Shown piece after piece: positions 1 through 9,010 of a DNA stretch of 64,000 nucleotides. Source of the stretch: an uncultured Flavobacterium sp. (GTDB lineage: Bacteria; Bacteroidota; Bacteroidia; B-17B0; Aurantibacillaceae); assembly GCA_964543545.1 (NCBI GenBank), contig CAZIYT010000007.1, forward strand, positions 20,023-84,022. Direction: 5' to 3'. The notes under the pieces were generated by a model. It was given only the letters and a program-made list of their open reading frames with translations, made no database searches and was not told the origin of the DNA. Each line of letters opens with the position of its first letter. Within the stretch, counting starts at the first letter, position 1. A program made the position numbers and the translations under genes.

Positions 1-811
1 GATTTATGATGAGCGTTTGAAAATAGCGAAGCTGAGGCTGGAGATCGGCTCCGACTCCAAAGTGGAAGTGCTCCTGTCGCAATCGGATTATAACAAGGCC
101 AAAACGGCTATCATGCAGCTGGAGCTCGATTTGCTGAATGCCAAAACGCAATTGAACACGCTCATCAACCAGCCGGTGGATACAGATTTCAAAACTACGG
201 ATTCCATCATGGTGAATTACAATCCGACCTATGAGGACCTGAAAAAAAGCTCCCTGTCTACCAACTCCGCTCTCCAGATCTCAAGGAAAAGCGAGCTGAT
301 CACGCAGCAGCGTGTGAAGGAATACCGCTCCGCTAATTTGCCCTTCATTCAGCTCAATGCATCGTATACGTTTTTGAGAAGCCAGAGCCAGGCGGGGATC
401 GTGTTCCTGAACCGGCAAACGGGCCTCAATGGCGGCATTACAGCCAGCTGGCTATTGTTTAACGGCATGCGCAATCAGAAGCTGGTAAAAGAGGCAAATC
501 TCCTGGCCTTGAACCAGCGCTATATCACACAGCAAACAGAACAGCTGGTCGATGGAACGGTATATGTCAATTTCAAGGCTTTCCAGATGAACAAGCAGAT
601 TGTGGAGCTGGAATCGCAGAACCTCAGCGATTCCAAAGACGTACAGGTGGTATCGCTCGAACGTTACAAGATCGGGAAAGCAAACCTGCTGGAAACCATC
701 GAAACGCAGAAGAACCTGGAAGATGCCCAGGTGCGTTACATCAATGCACTCTATGCCATCAAGCTTGCTGAAACGGAATTGCTGAGGACCAACGGTGCGC
801 TGATAAAATAA
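1..811 (+). CDS. TolC-family outer membrane efflux protein, C-terminal part (5' end lies outside the window)
   Basis: Reading frame is open from the window edge. Long helical/beta repeat pattern typical of OEP/TolC proteins, ending ...YINALYAIKLAETELLRTNGALIK. Confidence 0.75.
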   Translation, partial: IYDERLKIAKLRLEIGSDSKVEVLLSQSDYNKAKTAIMQLELDLLNAKTQLNTLINQPVDTDFKTTDSIMVNYNPTYEDLKKSSLSTNSALQISRKSELITQQRVKEYRSANLPFIQLNASYTFLRSQSQAGIVFLNRQTGLNGGITASWLLFNGMRNQKLVKEANLLALNQRYITQQTEQLVDGTVYVNFKAFQMNKQIVELESQNLSDSKDVQVVSLERYKIGKANLLETIETQKNLEDAQVRYINALYAIKLAETELLRTNGALIK

Positions 812-965
812 TAGTTTAACTTACGTTGCTGCAGTTACGCCATCACTCACGTGGGTTTACCCGAAGTGATGAGTGTCATGGAATCAGCAGTGAACCAGCG
901 CCGGGATGTGTGATGGCGACAGCCCAGGGCGCCCAACTAAATATAAGCTAATAGAAGTATACAGC

Positions 966-1625
966 CTACTGAGCATTAAAGCTCACACGCACCTTTGCAG
1001 TGATGGTGAGGTAACCCGGCTCGATGAGATAGTTGTCGCTTCCCATTTTATAAGTAAGCCTGCCGGCATTTTTTTTATCTTTCAGGTTATACCAGTTATA
1101 ATCTTCCGTATTCAGATCTTCAACGGCATAAGCTTTTCCTAATGCCAGGAAAAGCCCTGTACTGAGTTGTTTGGCTTTTTTCTTCGCATCCGTCACAGCT
1201 TCTTCTCTTGCCTGTGTTTTATATTTGTCGTAGAAGGATGTTCGGTAGTCGATGTAGATATAGTCTCTGTAACCAAGGGTATAAAGCTCCAGCAAATATT
1301 TGTCGAGCTTTTTGAGATCAGTGATGGTCACGAACACTTCCTTGTAATAAGCGGCACTATCCAGCTGTATGAACGTCTTTGACATATCGGCTTCATTGAA
1401 ATCGAAGAGCCTGATTTTGGTATCCTCTTCCTTAAAGATCTCGAATGCCGGCTTGTTGTCCCCACCGTTCAGCTGCTTTTTGATCCGGATGCCCAGGATC
1501 ACATAATCCGGGATAACTTTTACAACCGCTTCGCCGGTAACACGGATGTGAGGCGGCTCTTGCGTGGTTTGGGATAGTGCCTGTAAACAAGCAAAGAGAA
1601 GGCAAAGGCTCAGAATAGGTTTCAT
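966..1625 (-). CDS. SIMPL (DUF541)-like periplasmic protein
   Basis: Signal peptide MKPILSLCLLFACLQALSQ. IRVTGEAVVKVIPDYVILGI motif and C-terminal EPGYLTITAKVRVSF are typical of SIMPL family proteins. Confidence 0.6.
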   Translation of the reverse strand: MKPILSLCLLFACLQALSQTTQEPPHIRVTGEAVVKVIPDYVILGIRIKKQLNGGDNKPAFEIFKEEDTKIRLFDFNEADMSKTFIQLDSAAYYKEVFVTITDLKKLDKYLLELYTLGYRDYIYIDYRTSFYDKYKTQAREEAVTDAKKKAKQLSTGLFLALGKAYAVEDLNTEDYNWYNLKDKKNAGRLTYKMGSDNYLIEPGYLTITAKVRVSFNAQ

Positions 1626-1676
1626 AGTAAAGAGTAGGGGAGAAGGTTGTTACGGATCACAAGGCCTGATAGAGCC

Positions 1677-2387
1677 TCAGGATTTATTAAAACGCATCTG
1701 GATCACACCGATAAAGGCTTCCTTAAAGATCTTGGTGCTCATTTTGCTGACGCCAAGTACACGGTCGGTAAACATAATAGGAACCTCAACGATCTTAAAT
1801 CCTTTTTTGACAGCGCGGTATTTCATTTCGATCTGGAAAGCATAACCCATAAACCTGATCTTGTCGAGCTCGATGCTTTCCAATACTTTGCGCTTGTAGC
1901 ATTTGAAGCCCGCTGTTGTATCCTTTACCGGGATCCACAGGATCATGCGCACGTAGATGGAAGCGAAATAAGATAAGAGGATGCGTTTCATATCCCAGTT
2001 GCTCACATTGCCGCCTTTCACGTAGCGCGAGCCTACGGCCACATCGGCGCCCTTTTCGCAGGCTTCGAGCAGGCGAGGCAGGTCGGCGGGATTGTGACTG
2101 AAATCGCAATCCATTTCGAAAATGTAATCATAATCCCTGGCGAGTGCCCATTTGAAACCGTGGATGTAGGCGGTTCCAAGGCCCAGCTTGCCTTTGCGCT
2201 CTTCGATGTGAAGCTTGGCAGCGTAGGTTTTTTGCAGTTCTTTTACTTTGGCAGCAGTTCCGTCGGGCGATCCGTCATCCACAATGAGAAGCTCAAATTC
2301 ACGTGGCAATGAAAACACCGTGTGGATCATTTTTTCAATGTTTTCAATCTCGTTGTAAGTAGGAATTATAACCAGGTTCTTGCCCAT
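1677..2387 (-). CDS. GT2 polyprenol/dolichol-phosphate mannosyltransferase-like glycosyltransferase
   Basis: MGKNLVIIPTYNEIENI...LLIVDDGSPDGT... matches the GT2 DXD architecture. ATG at 2387 is preferred over the upstream TTG in the ORF track. Confidence 0.85.
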   Translation of the reverse strand: MGKNLVIIPTYNEIENIEKMIHTVFSLPREFELLIVDDGSPDGTAAKVKELQKTYAAKLHIEERKGKLGLGTAYIHGFKWALARDYDYIFEMDCDFSHNPADLPRLLEACEKGADVAVGSRYVKGGNVSNWDMKRILLSYFASIYVRMILWIPVKDTTAGFKCYKRKVLESIELDKIRFMGYAFQIEMKYRAVKKGFKIVEVPIMFTDRVLGVSKMSTKIFKEAFIGVIQMRFNKS

Positions 2388-2615
2388 AAATCTCAAAGTG
2401 TAAATATAATATAATTAATGTGGTTTATGAAAAGCGCCAAGACTTGGGGATTATTTTCCTCTTCCTGTTAATTTAGGTTAAGCCCTAAGCTTATTTGGCA
2501 TGGTTTTTACCTTGCCTCCTGTCAAAATAAATTAGTTTTGATCATGAAATAGCCATTTCCCTGTGTTGTGCAATCTTATGAAGATGAACTGGCCGGATCA
2601 TTAAAAATAATAACT

Positions 2616-3023
2616 ATGAAAGTTTTAATCGCCATCGCTTTTATCCTGCTCGGTTTGGCAGGCTATAGCCAGGATACGATTCCGAAGCCTGTAAAAACAA
2701 CCGGTGTTGCCAGCTTTTACGCCTCGAAGTTCAACGGCCGTAAAACCTGCTCCGGACAGAAATTCAGCAATGATAGCCTGACGGCCGCCCATAAAAGCCT
2801 GAAATTAGGGACTTACGTGCAGGTAAGAAACCTCAAAAACGACTCTACCGTTGTGGTGAGGATCAACGACCGCTTGCCGAAGTCATCGAAGCGAAGCATC
2901 GATCTCAGCCAGCGGGCAGCCAAACAGCTCAATTTTATGAGGGCCGGCCTCGCCAAAGTGGAAATAACGGTACTGGACAGCCCGGATCCTAAGCCTGTCA
3001 GCAAGGACACCGCAAAAAAATAA
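2616..3023 (+). CDS. rlpA: Septal ring lytic transglycosylase RlpA-family protein (double-psi beta-barrel)
   Basis: GVASFYASKFNGRKTCSGQKFSNDSLTAAHKSLKLGTYVQVRNLKNDSTVVVRINDRLP. Start set at the ATG preceding signal peptide MKVLIAIAFILLGLAG. Confidence 0.85.
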   Translation: MKVLIAIAFILLGLAGYSQDTIPKPVKTTGVASFYASKFNGRKTCSGQKFSNDSLTAAHKSLKLGTYVQVRNLKNDSTVVVRINDRLPKSSKRSIDLSQRAAKQLNFMRAGLAKVEITVLDSPDPKPVSKDTAKK

Positions 3024-3158
3024 AAGTCATCACTGCTTTGCCATAAGCAAGGAATTTTGCTTCGGCTCCCGGCCTTGCCAAATCATCGTTTTATTGAAAT
3101 AATTAGTAATTTGCAGCGTAAAATTACCTGTGTATCAACGCAGGCCTAACGTATTGCT

Positions 3159-4496
3159 ATGCCAACACTTCTTATAAAAAATGCCACGCTTATCAACGAA
3201 GACGAATCCTTTGTATCGGATGTACTGATCGAAGGCAATCTCATTACTCAAATAGACAGGGACATCATGCACGACACCGCCAAGGTAATAGATGCCGAAG
3301 GCTTACTGCTCATTCCGGGTGCTATCGATGACCAGGTCCATTTCCGGGAGCCGGGCCTCACGCATAAAGGTGAGATCTATACAGAGGCGAAAGCTGCCGT
3401 AGCCGGTGGTGTCACCTCCTTCATGGAAATGCCCAATACCAACCCGCAGACGGTGACGCTGACGGAGCTCGAAAAAAAGTACGACCGCGCCAAAGCCTGT
3501 TCGCTGGCCAATTATTCGTTTTACATGGGAGGCACCAACGTCAACCTCGAAGAGACGCTGAAAGTGGATTACAGCACTGTATGCGGCCTCAAATTGTTTA
3601 TGGGCTCCAGCACCGGCGATATGCTGGTGGATAATGAGAAAACCCTGGAGGGATTTTTCTCCAAGGCCAATACGCTCATTGCCACACACTGCGAGTACGA
3701 CCCGATGATCAAAGAAACGCAGGCCCGGATCGTGGAAGAATACGGTGAGGACCTGCCGGCTTATTTCCACCCGGTGATCCGCAGTGAGGAGGCCTGTTTC
3801 CGGTCCTCTTCCTTTGCCGTAAACCTCGCTAAAAAATACGATACGCGCCTGCATATCCTGCATATTTCTACTGCTAAAGAGCTGGACCTTTTTACGAATA
3901 AGATCCCTCTGAAGAAAAAACGCATTACAGCCGAAGCCTGCATTCACCATTTATGGTTCAATGAGGACGATTACAATAAAAAAGGCAATTTCATTAAATG
4001 GAATCCGGCCGTGAAAACGGAGTACGACCGCGCTCATATTTTTGAAGCGGTGCTCGACGGCAGGATCGATGTAATAGCCACTGACCACGCACCGCACACC
4101 CTCGAAGAGAAACAGCTGCCTTATCTGAAAGCCCCGAGCGGCGGGCCTTTGGTGCAACACTCGGTGCTGGCCATGCTTGAGTTTTATAAGCAGGGCAAGA
4201 TCAGCCTGGAGAAGATCGTGCGCATGATGTCGCATAACGTGGCCGACATTTTTCAAGTGGAGAAACGCGGCTATATCCGCGAGGGCTATTTTGCCGATCT
4301 TGTGCTGGTAGACCTCCACAAATCCACACCGGTTACCAAAGAATCGCTCCTATACAAATGCGGCTGGAGCCCCTTTGAAGGCACAACGTTTTCTTCCAGC
4401 ATCAGTAAAACGATCGTGAGCGGCCACCTGGTGTACGATGACGGAGCTTTTGACGAAAGCGTGAAAGGACAGCGCCTTCAATTTAAACGTTCATGA
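3159..4496 (+). CDS. pyrC: Dihydroorotase (amidohydrolase superfamily)
   Basis: 445 aa. DDQVHFREPGLTHKGEI...GGVTSFMEMPNTNP...ATDHAPH motifs of cyclic amidohydrolases/dihydroorotase. Confidence 0.85.
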   Translation: MPTLLIKNATLINEDESFVSDVLIEGNLITQIDRDIMHDTAKVIDAEGLLLIPGAIDDQVHFREPGLTHKGEIYTEAKAAVAGGVTSFMEMPNTNPQTVTLTELEKKYDRAKACSLANYSFYMGGTNVNLEETLKVDYSTVCGLKLFMGSSTGDMLVDNEKTLEGFFSKANTLIATHCEYDPMIKETQARIVEEYGEDLPAYFHPVIRSEEACFRSSSFAVNLAKKYDTRLHILHISTAKELDLFTNKIPLKKKRITAEACIHHLWFNEDDYNKKGNFIKWNPAVKTEYDRAHIFEAVLDGRIDVIATDHAPHTLEEKQLPYLKAPSGGPLVQHSVLAMLEFYKQGKISLEKIVRMMSHNVADIFQVEKRGYIREGYFADLVLVDLHKSTPVTKESLLYKCGWSPFEGTTFSSSISKTIVSGHLVYDDGAFDESVKGQRLQFKRS

Positions 4497-4657
4497 TAAG
4501 GGCTTAGGTATGAATTGATTAACTCGTTTTAGTACGAAATATTACGTAATATTCCGCAGAAAAAAATTAACCTGGACCTGTTTACAACCTGTTTTGATTG
4601 TGCACCATTTTACTTTTCAGGTGCGGTATTTTTGGGGTTAATAAAAACCATTATCAA

Positions 4658-5629
4658 ATGAAAAAAACAGCTACAATTATTGCTTTGGCATTAGGGATTA
4701 CCAGTGCCTCAGCGCAGGATCTGACTTCAAAAAAAGGTGAGCCTTATTTACCGGAGGCAGGAGATTATGCCGTGAGTATCGATGCGACTCCGTTTCTGTA
4801 TTATGCCGGAAATTTTTTCGGGAAGTCTAACTTTACAAATAACAACGGTTTGATCACTACCGGAAACCCGGCTCCAACCTGGAATTTCCTGAACGGGAAC
4901 AATACCATCACCGGTAAGTATTTCGTAGATGCGACAACGGCTTACAGGCTGGGTCTGCGCCTGGGCTTTGCATCGGGTAAAGACCGCAGAATGGTGGCAG
5001 CATTGCCTACTTCTACGGTTAACTCTTATCCTGAGGCCGATGCTACTGTAGAAAATACACGTAAGCAAACCAGGACCAACCTGGGGATCACGGCAGGTAT
5101 CGAAAAGCGTCGCGGTAAAACCCGCTTACAAGGGTTCTACGGAGCAGATGCAGGGATCTTTTTTAGCTCTGTGAAAGATAAATATACTTACGGAAACGAC
5201 CTGGTAGGAAACGCAAATCCTGCAACAGCTGTAAACGTTGTTGCTGCAGATGATTTCGGAGGTGCTTTAGGTAACAGCAACACAACAACTACAAGCTTAT
5301 CGACAGGCCAGGCAGGCGCTGCCCGTGCTTTAGAAGCAAAATCAGGCTCTACTTTCTCGTTTGGTGTAAGGGCATTCATCGGCGCGGAATATTTCATTAT
5401 TCCTAAAATGTCTATCGGTGGCGAATTCGGTTGGGGTGTAGGCCTTTCATTAACCGGAAAAGCAAAATCAACCTATGAATCAGTAGGTCTGCCTAACGGT
5501 GCTACCAATACAACAGTAGGTGAAACAAACATCGAAGGCGGAAAATCATCAGGTTTCGGATTTGATACCGATTCAAGAAACGGTGTATTCGGTCCTAACG
5601 CGTCTTTACGCGTAACATTCCATTTCTAA
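4658..5629 (+). CDS. Hypothetical outer-membrane beta-barrel protein
   Basis: Signal peptide MKKTATIIALALGITSASAQ, alternating G/aromatic beta-strand pattern, C-terminal ...ASLRVTFHF. Followed by a strong terminator. Confidence 0.55.
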   Translation: MKKTATIIALALGITSASAQDLTSKKGEPYLPEAGDYAVSIDATPFLYYAGNFFGKSNFTNNNGLITTGNPAPTWNFLNGNNTITGKYFVDATTAYRLGLRLGFASGKDRRMVAALPTSTVNSYPEADATVENTRKQTRTNLGITAGIEKRRGKTRLQGFYGADAGIFFSSVKDKYTYGNDLVGNANPATAVNVVAADDFGGALGNSNTTTTSLSTGQAGAARALEAKSGSTFSFGVRAFIGAEYFIIPKMSIGGEFGWGVGLSLTGKAKSTYESVGLPNGATNTTVGETNIEGGKSSGFGFDTDSRNGVFGPNASLRVTFHF

Positions 5630-5653
5630 GAAACGGAATAGGTTTTAAACAAA

Positions 5654-5681
5654 GAGAGCAGCACAACGCTGCTCTTTTTTT
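5654..5681 (+). terminator. Rho-independent terminator after the 4658..5629 gene
   Basis: GAGCAGC-ACAAC-GCTGCTC followed by T7. Confidence 0.8.
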
Positions 5682-5687
5682 ATGCTC

Positions 5688-5876
5688 TTATTTAACCGCA
5701 AAGCTGCAAAGAAGGCGAGGAGAACGCAGAAATCATATAAGGAAGGATATAGATGCTAAACTAAGCTTTAATCTGTTCTAAATCTTATACATCATAACCA
5801 TCTGCGTTACCTGCGTTCAACTACAACGTCTTTGCGCCCTCTGTGTCGGCACTCCGCTCTCTCTGCGGTTAAATAA
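5688..5876. repeat. Family-2 palindromic intergenic element (CGCAGA/TCTGCG-rich arms)
   Basis: 13-bp perfect terminal inverted repeat TTATTTAACCGCA/TGCGGTTAAATAA. Inner GAACGCAGA/TCTGCGTTC. Confidence 0.7.
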
Positions 5877-5917
5877 TTAATCTTCCAGATTATAATTGTT
5901 CAAAAAGGAAAGATTGG
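5877..5917. repeat. 41-bp direct-repeat copy duplicating the 3' end of the TraB/GumN gene
   Basis: TTAATCTTCCAGATTATAATTGTTCAAAAAGGAAAGATTGG matches 8970-9010 at 39 of 41 positions. On the minus strand it would encode ..LSFLNNYNLED*. Confidence 0.85.
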
Positions 5918-5975
5918 TTACAAGAGCAGTCAAATCGAGTTATTATAACATAACGCTTCCTGACCTGTAACTTTC

Positions 5976-8873
5976 ATGAAAAGGTACATTATATCATCTC
6001 ATATGAAACTATTTTTACTGTTCTCTTTTCTGTTTTTCTTCTCCTGCCTATTGGCGCAGAATGAATGCGGACCTGCCACGGGTTATACCGGCACATCGAA
6101 AGAAGTATACCCGAACGGAAGTAAGAGGGAGGAAAACACCTACCTCAATGGTTTAAAACATGGCATCTGTCTGAGTTTTTATTTGGATGGTACCCTCAGA
6201 AGCAAGGAAAAGTATCAGTTGGGGAGATTAGAGGAAGTTTTACAAAAACCGGATAGCGACCACGATCTGCGAGACCACCGGCTCCTTTATCCGGTTCAGC
6301 ACACAAGCAATACCGGCACCTCTCAGAAAAATAGTCCGCCTTCTTTATGGACAGAGAAAAGAACGCAACTGAATGACTCCACCTGGTCTGTCAAATGGTA
6401 TTACAAGAATAAGCTGTACGAAGAACAAACAATGATCCATGGCGACCTGCGCTATCACCGGCAGTACCACATCGAAGATGACCTTTCTTTTGATAAAAAC
6501 CGCACTAACATAAACTATGAGGCATACAAATACGGCGGTAAGTTACATGGAAAGACTACAAGCTGGCATAACAACGGAAATATTGATTGTCAGCGCGAAT
6601 ACCGTAACGATGAGCCTGTAGGGATGCATTATATTTATTACAACCAGGCAAGCCATCCGGTAAAATCCATGACCTGTTACACAGATCCGGATCTGATGGG
6701 GGACTATTATACCAGTAAAATAGGGTCCATTACAAAATATTATGATACCACCGCTAAATGCACAGGCTATCAGGTGATGTATGGAGGACGGGCCTCGAAG
6801 CTGGTGTCTTTTACCGATAAGCAGAAGCTGCATACCTGGTCGGTCCGACCGGGCTATGAAGATGAGCTCACTATAGAAGGTACTGTGGAAGAGGGAGAGT
6901 ACAGGATCACTAACGTCTTTACAAAAAACAGGAAACATCTGATTAAACAGGGAAACGGTAAATACGATGCCCGGATTGCGGCACTGGCAGATATCATATT
7001 TCAAATACCGGATACCATAAGCCTGCCAGAAGGTGTAGTTACACATACGGAATGGACCATTCAGGCGCCGGAGGCAAACCTGGTAAGTGGGCCCGGGAAA
7101 TATTTTTTTGGTTATGAAAGTGATGGACGTAATTTCGAAATACTCACAGTGCCCTGGGAGAGATGGAAAGGGAAAATAGTAAATGGTTTTTTGACCGGCG
7201 AGTGGAAAATGGAGGGAAAAGGCTATTTAAACCGGAAGCTCACAACGGATATAAGTTTTCAGGGAAATTTTGAGAGAAGCCGCAGGAATGGACCATGGAT
7301 ATATGAAACGGATTATTACCGTTGTACGCTTAATTACAGAAATGGTAAAAAAGAAGGTATGATGAAGGTAGAGCTTAAGAAATACGATATGTCGTCTTTC
7401 AGCAGAGCCGCTCTGGCAGCCTATCGATCAGGCGGAGAGATTGGCGACGGTCTCAAATCCGATCTTCCGGAGGTCTATGATAATTTGCTGTCGCTTTGGG
7501 TAGGGGCTTTTGCAAATAATGAGATGCATGGCGAATGGCTTGCCTATTATCGCTACCCGGATTTATTGGCCTTTAAAGCCGTTTTCAACAATGGCGTATT
7601 CCTGGCTAAAACAGAGGAATATAATTTGAAACAACAACTCGTCGCCAAACGTCAGCTCCAGGGAAACCGGATCATCGAAGAAAAATTATACACGCCATTG
7701 GGTGAAGAATACGAAAGAAAATACCTGAATGGATACGAGAAGAAGTACCTGAATACCTACCAGAAAAAATACGCGGCTGATTATTATGAAATAAGCAATC
7801 CTTATTTAATAGAGAGTAACGCGAAAGGCGCATATCATGGAAGGTATATGCAATGGAGTAATTACACCGGTCATATTCATCAAAAAGGAACATATGTCGG
7901 GGGCCGGAAAAACGGTGAGTGGCTTTCAATTAATTTGGGTGACACGCTGATTGAACATTATATGCATGATACCCTGGATGGATTTTATAAACGCCATAGA
8001 GGCATTCACCCAGGAGACCGGTTCTTAAATGCAGGCTTCTATAGCAAGGGGAAAAAAAGCGGGCTTTGGAAAAACGATAATACAAGAGACAGCCTTTTTA
8101 CAGAGGAGATCTTTATGGATAACGAGCATTACCTGATGACTTATACCATCAAAAATAAAACCTGTGTGAAACAGGGAGAAGGAATGATCCAAAAAAAGGT
8201 GGAGGGTATCATGTCAACTATTGAGGAATATTATAAAGGGGGAAGACTTTTTAAAACAGTGGTATATTACGACCAGGCAAATCAGATCGCATCCATTGTT
8301 TTTGCCACTCCTCATGGTGATTCCCTGGCTTATTACATGCCTCCGGAAAGCGGTACCTGCGTTAAAAATGGGACCGGAATGCGCACCTACTTTGATCAAA
8401 AGAAGCGCATTTACGGAATAGAGCATTATGTGGCTGGAAAACTGATCAAATATGACCGGTATGAGGAGGGAAGATTTTCCGGCACTGATTATTTTCATTA
8501 TGTCAGTGACACAACCGATGGGGCAAAGGAGCAGCTTTTTTTTGAGAAAGAAGCCACACGATCCTTTTCCGGATCAGTTAAGGCTACAATGAGAGTAAAA
8601 AATATTCCCAACAACACAAGCATGATGTATTTTGAAGGCTTTAACCTGGGCGGATCTGAAATAGAAATCAGCCATCCGGATTACTTTACGATCAAAGAAG
8701 CAAATAACAAAAAGCTGGTGTTAACTTCTGTAAAGTGGCCAGTGCCAAATGAAGTGAGCATAACCTATAAAAACGCAAATCATTGGATGATTTCAGGGAG
8801 GGTAGATTTGCAGATAGATACCCGAAGCTGGCAAACACTTAAGATATCCCTAAGACATCCGGTAAAGAAATAA
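5976..8873 (+). CDS. Large MORN-variant (YwqK-like) repeat protein, secreted or lipoprotein
   Basis: 965 aa. Repeated Y.NG.K..E..Y.NG..HG units (e.g. YPNGSKREENTYLNGLKHGICLSFYLDGTLRSKEKY) and an N-terminal hydrophobic signal. Confidence 0.6.
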   Translation: MKRYIISSHMKLFLLFSFLFFFSCLLAQNECGPATGYTGTSKEVYPNGSKREENTYLNGLKHGICLSFYLDGTLRSKEKYQLGRLEEVLQKPDSDHDLRDHRLLYPVQHTSNTGTSQKNSPPSLWTEKRTQLNDSTWSVKWYYKNKLYEEQTMIHGDLRYHRQYHIEDDLSFDKNRTNINYEAYKYGGKLHGKTTSWHNNGNIDCQREYRNDEPVGMHYIYYNQASHPVKSMTCYTDPDLMGDYYTSKIGSITKYYDTTAKCTGYQVMYGGRASKLVSFTDKQKLHTWSVRPGYEDELTIEGTVEEGEYRITNVFTKNRKHLIKQGNGKYDARIAALADIIFQIPDTISLPEGVVTHTEWTIQAPEANLVSGPGKYFFGYESDGRNFEILTVPWERWKGKIVNGFLTGEWKMEGKGYLNRKLTTDISFQGNFERSRRNGPWIYETDYYRCTLNYRNGKKEGMMKVELKKYDMSSFSRAALAAYRSGGEIGDGLKSDLPEVYDNLLSLWVGAFANNEMHGEWLAYYRYPDLLAFKAVFNNGVFLAKTEEYNLKQQLVAKRQLQGNRIIEEKLYTPLGEEYERKYLNGYEKKYLNTYQKKYAADYYEISNPYLIESNAKGAYHGRYMQWSNYTGHIHQKGTYVGGRKNGEWLSINLGDTLIEHYMHDTLDGFYKRHRGIHPGDRFLNAGFYSKGKKSGLWKNDNTRDSLFTEEIFMDNEHYLMTYTIKNKTCVKQGEGMIQKKVEGIMSTIEEYYKGGRLFKTVVYYDQANQIASIVFATPHGDSLAYYMPPESGTCVKNGTGMRTYFDQKKRIYGIEHYVAGKLIKYDRYEEGRFSGTDYFHYVSDTTDGAKEQLFFEKEATRSFSGSVKATMRVKNIPNNTSMMYFEGFNLGGSEIEISHPDYFTIKEANNKKLVLTSVKWPVPNEVSITYKNANHWMISGRVDLQIDTRSWQTLKISLRHPVKK

Positions 8874-8969
8874 TTTCAATGCGTTTTGCAGACCTGGCAC
8901 AATTCCTATGATAAAACAGGTAGCCATTAAATTTCAGAACGCTCTGACATTATGCTTTGGAAAGATTGC

Positions 8970-9010
8970 TTAATCTTCCAGATTATAATTATTCAAAAAG
9001 GAAAGATCGG
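8970..9010. repeat. 41-bp direct-repeat copy (the functional 3' end of the TraB/GumN gene)
   Basis: Partner of 5877-5917. Confidence 0.85.

Noticed and set aside
3107-3113. Possible -7 promoter box upstream of pyrC (TAATTTG)
   Set aside because: It is one nucleotide short of the TAnnTTTG spacing, which is too weak to annotate.
3303-4319. 215-aa and 122-aa minus-strand ORFs
   Set aside because: They are antisense shadows within pyrC.
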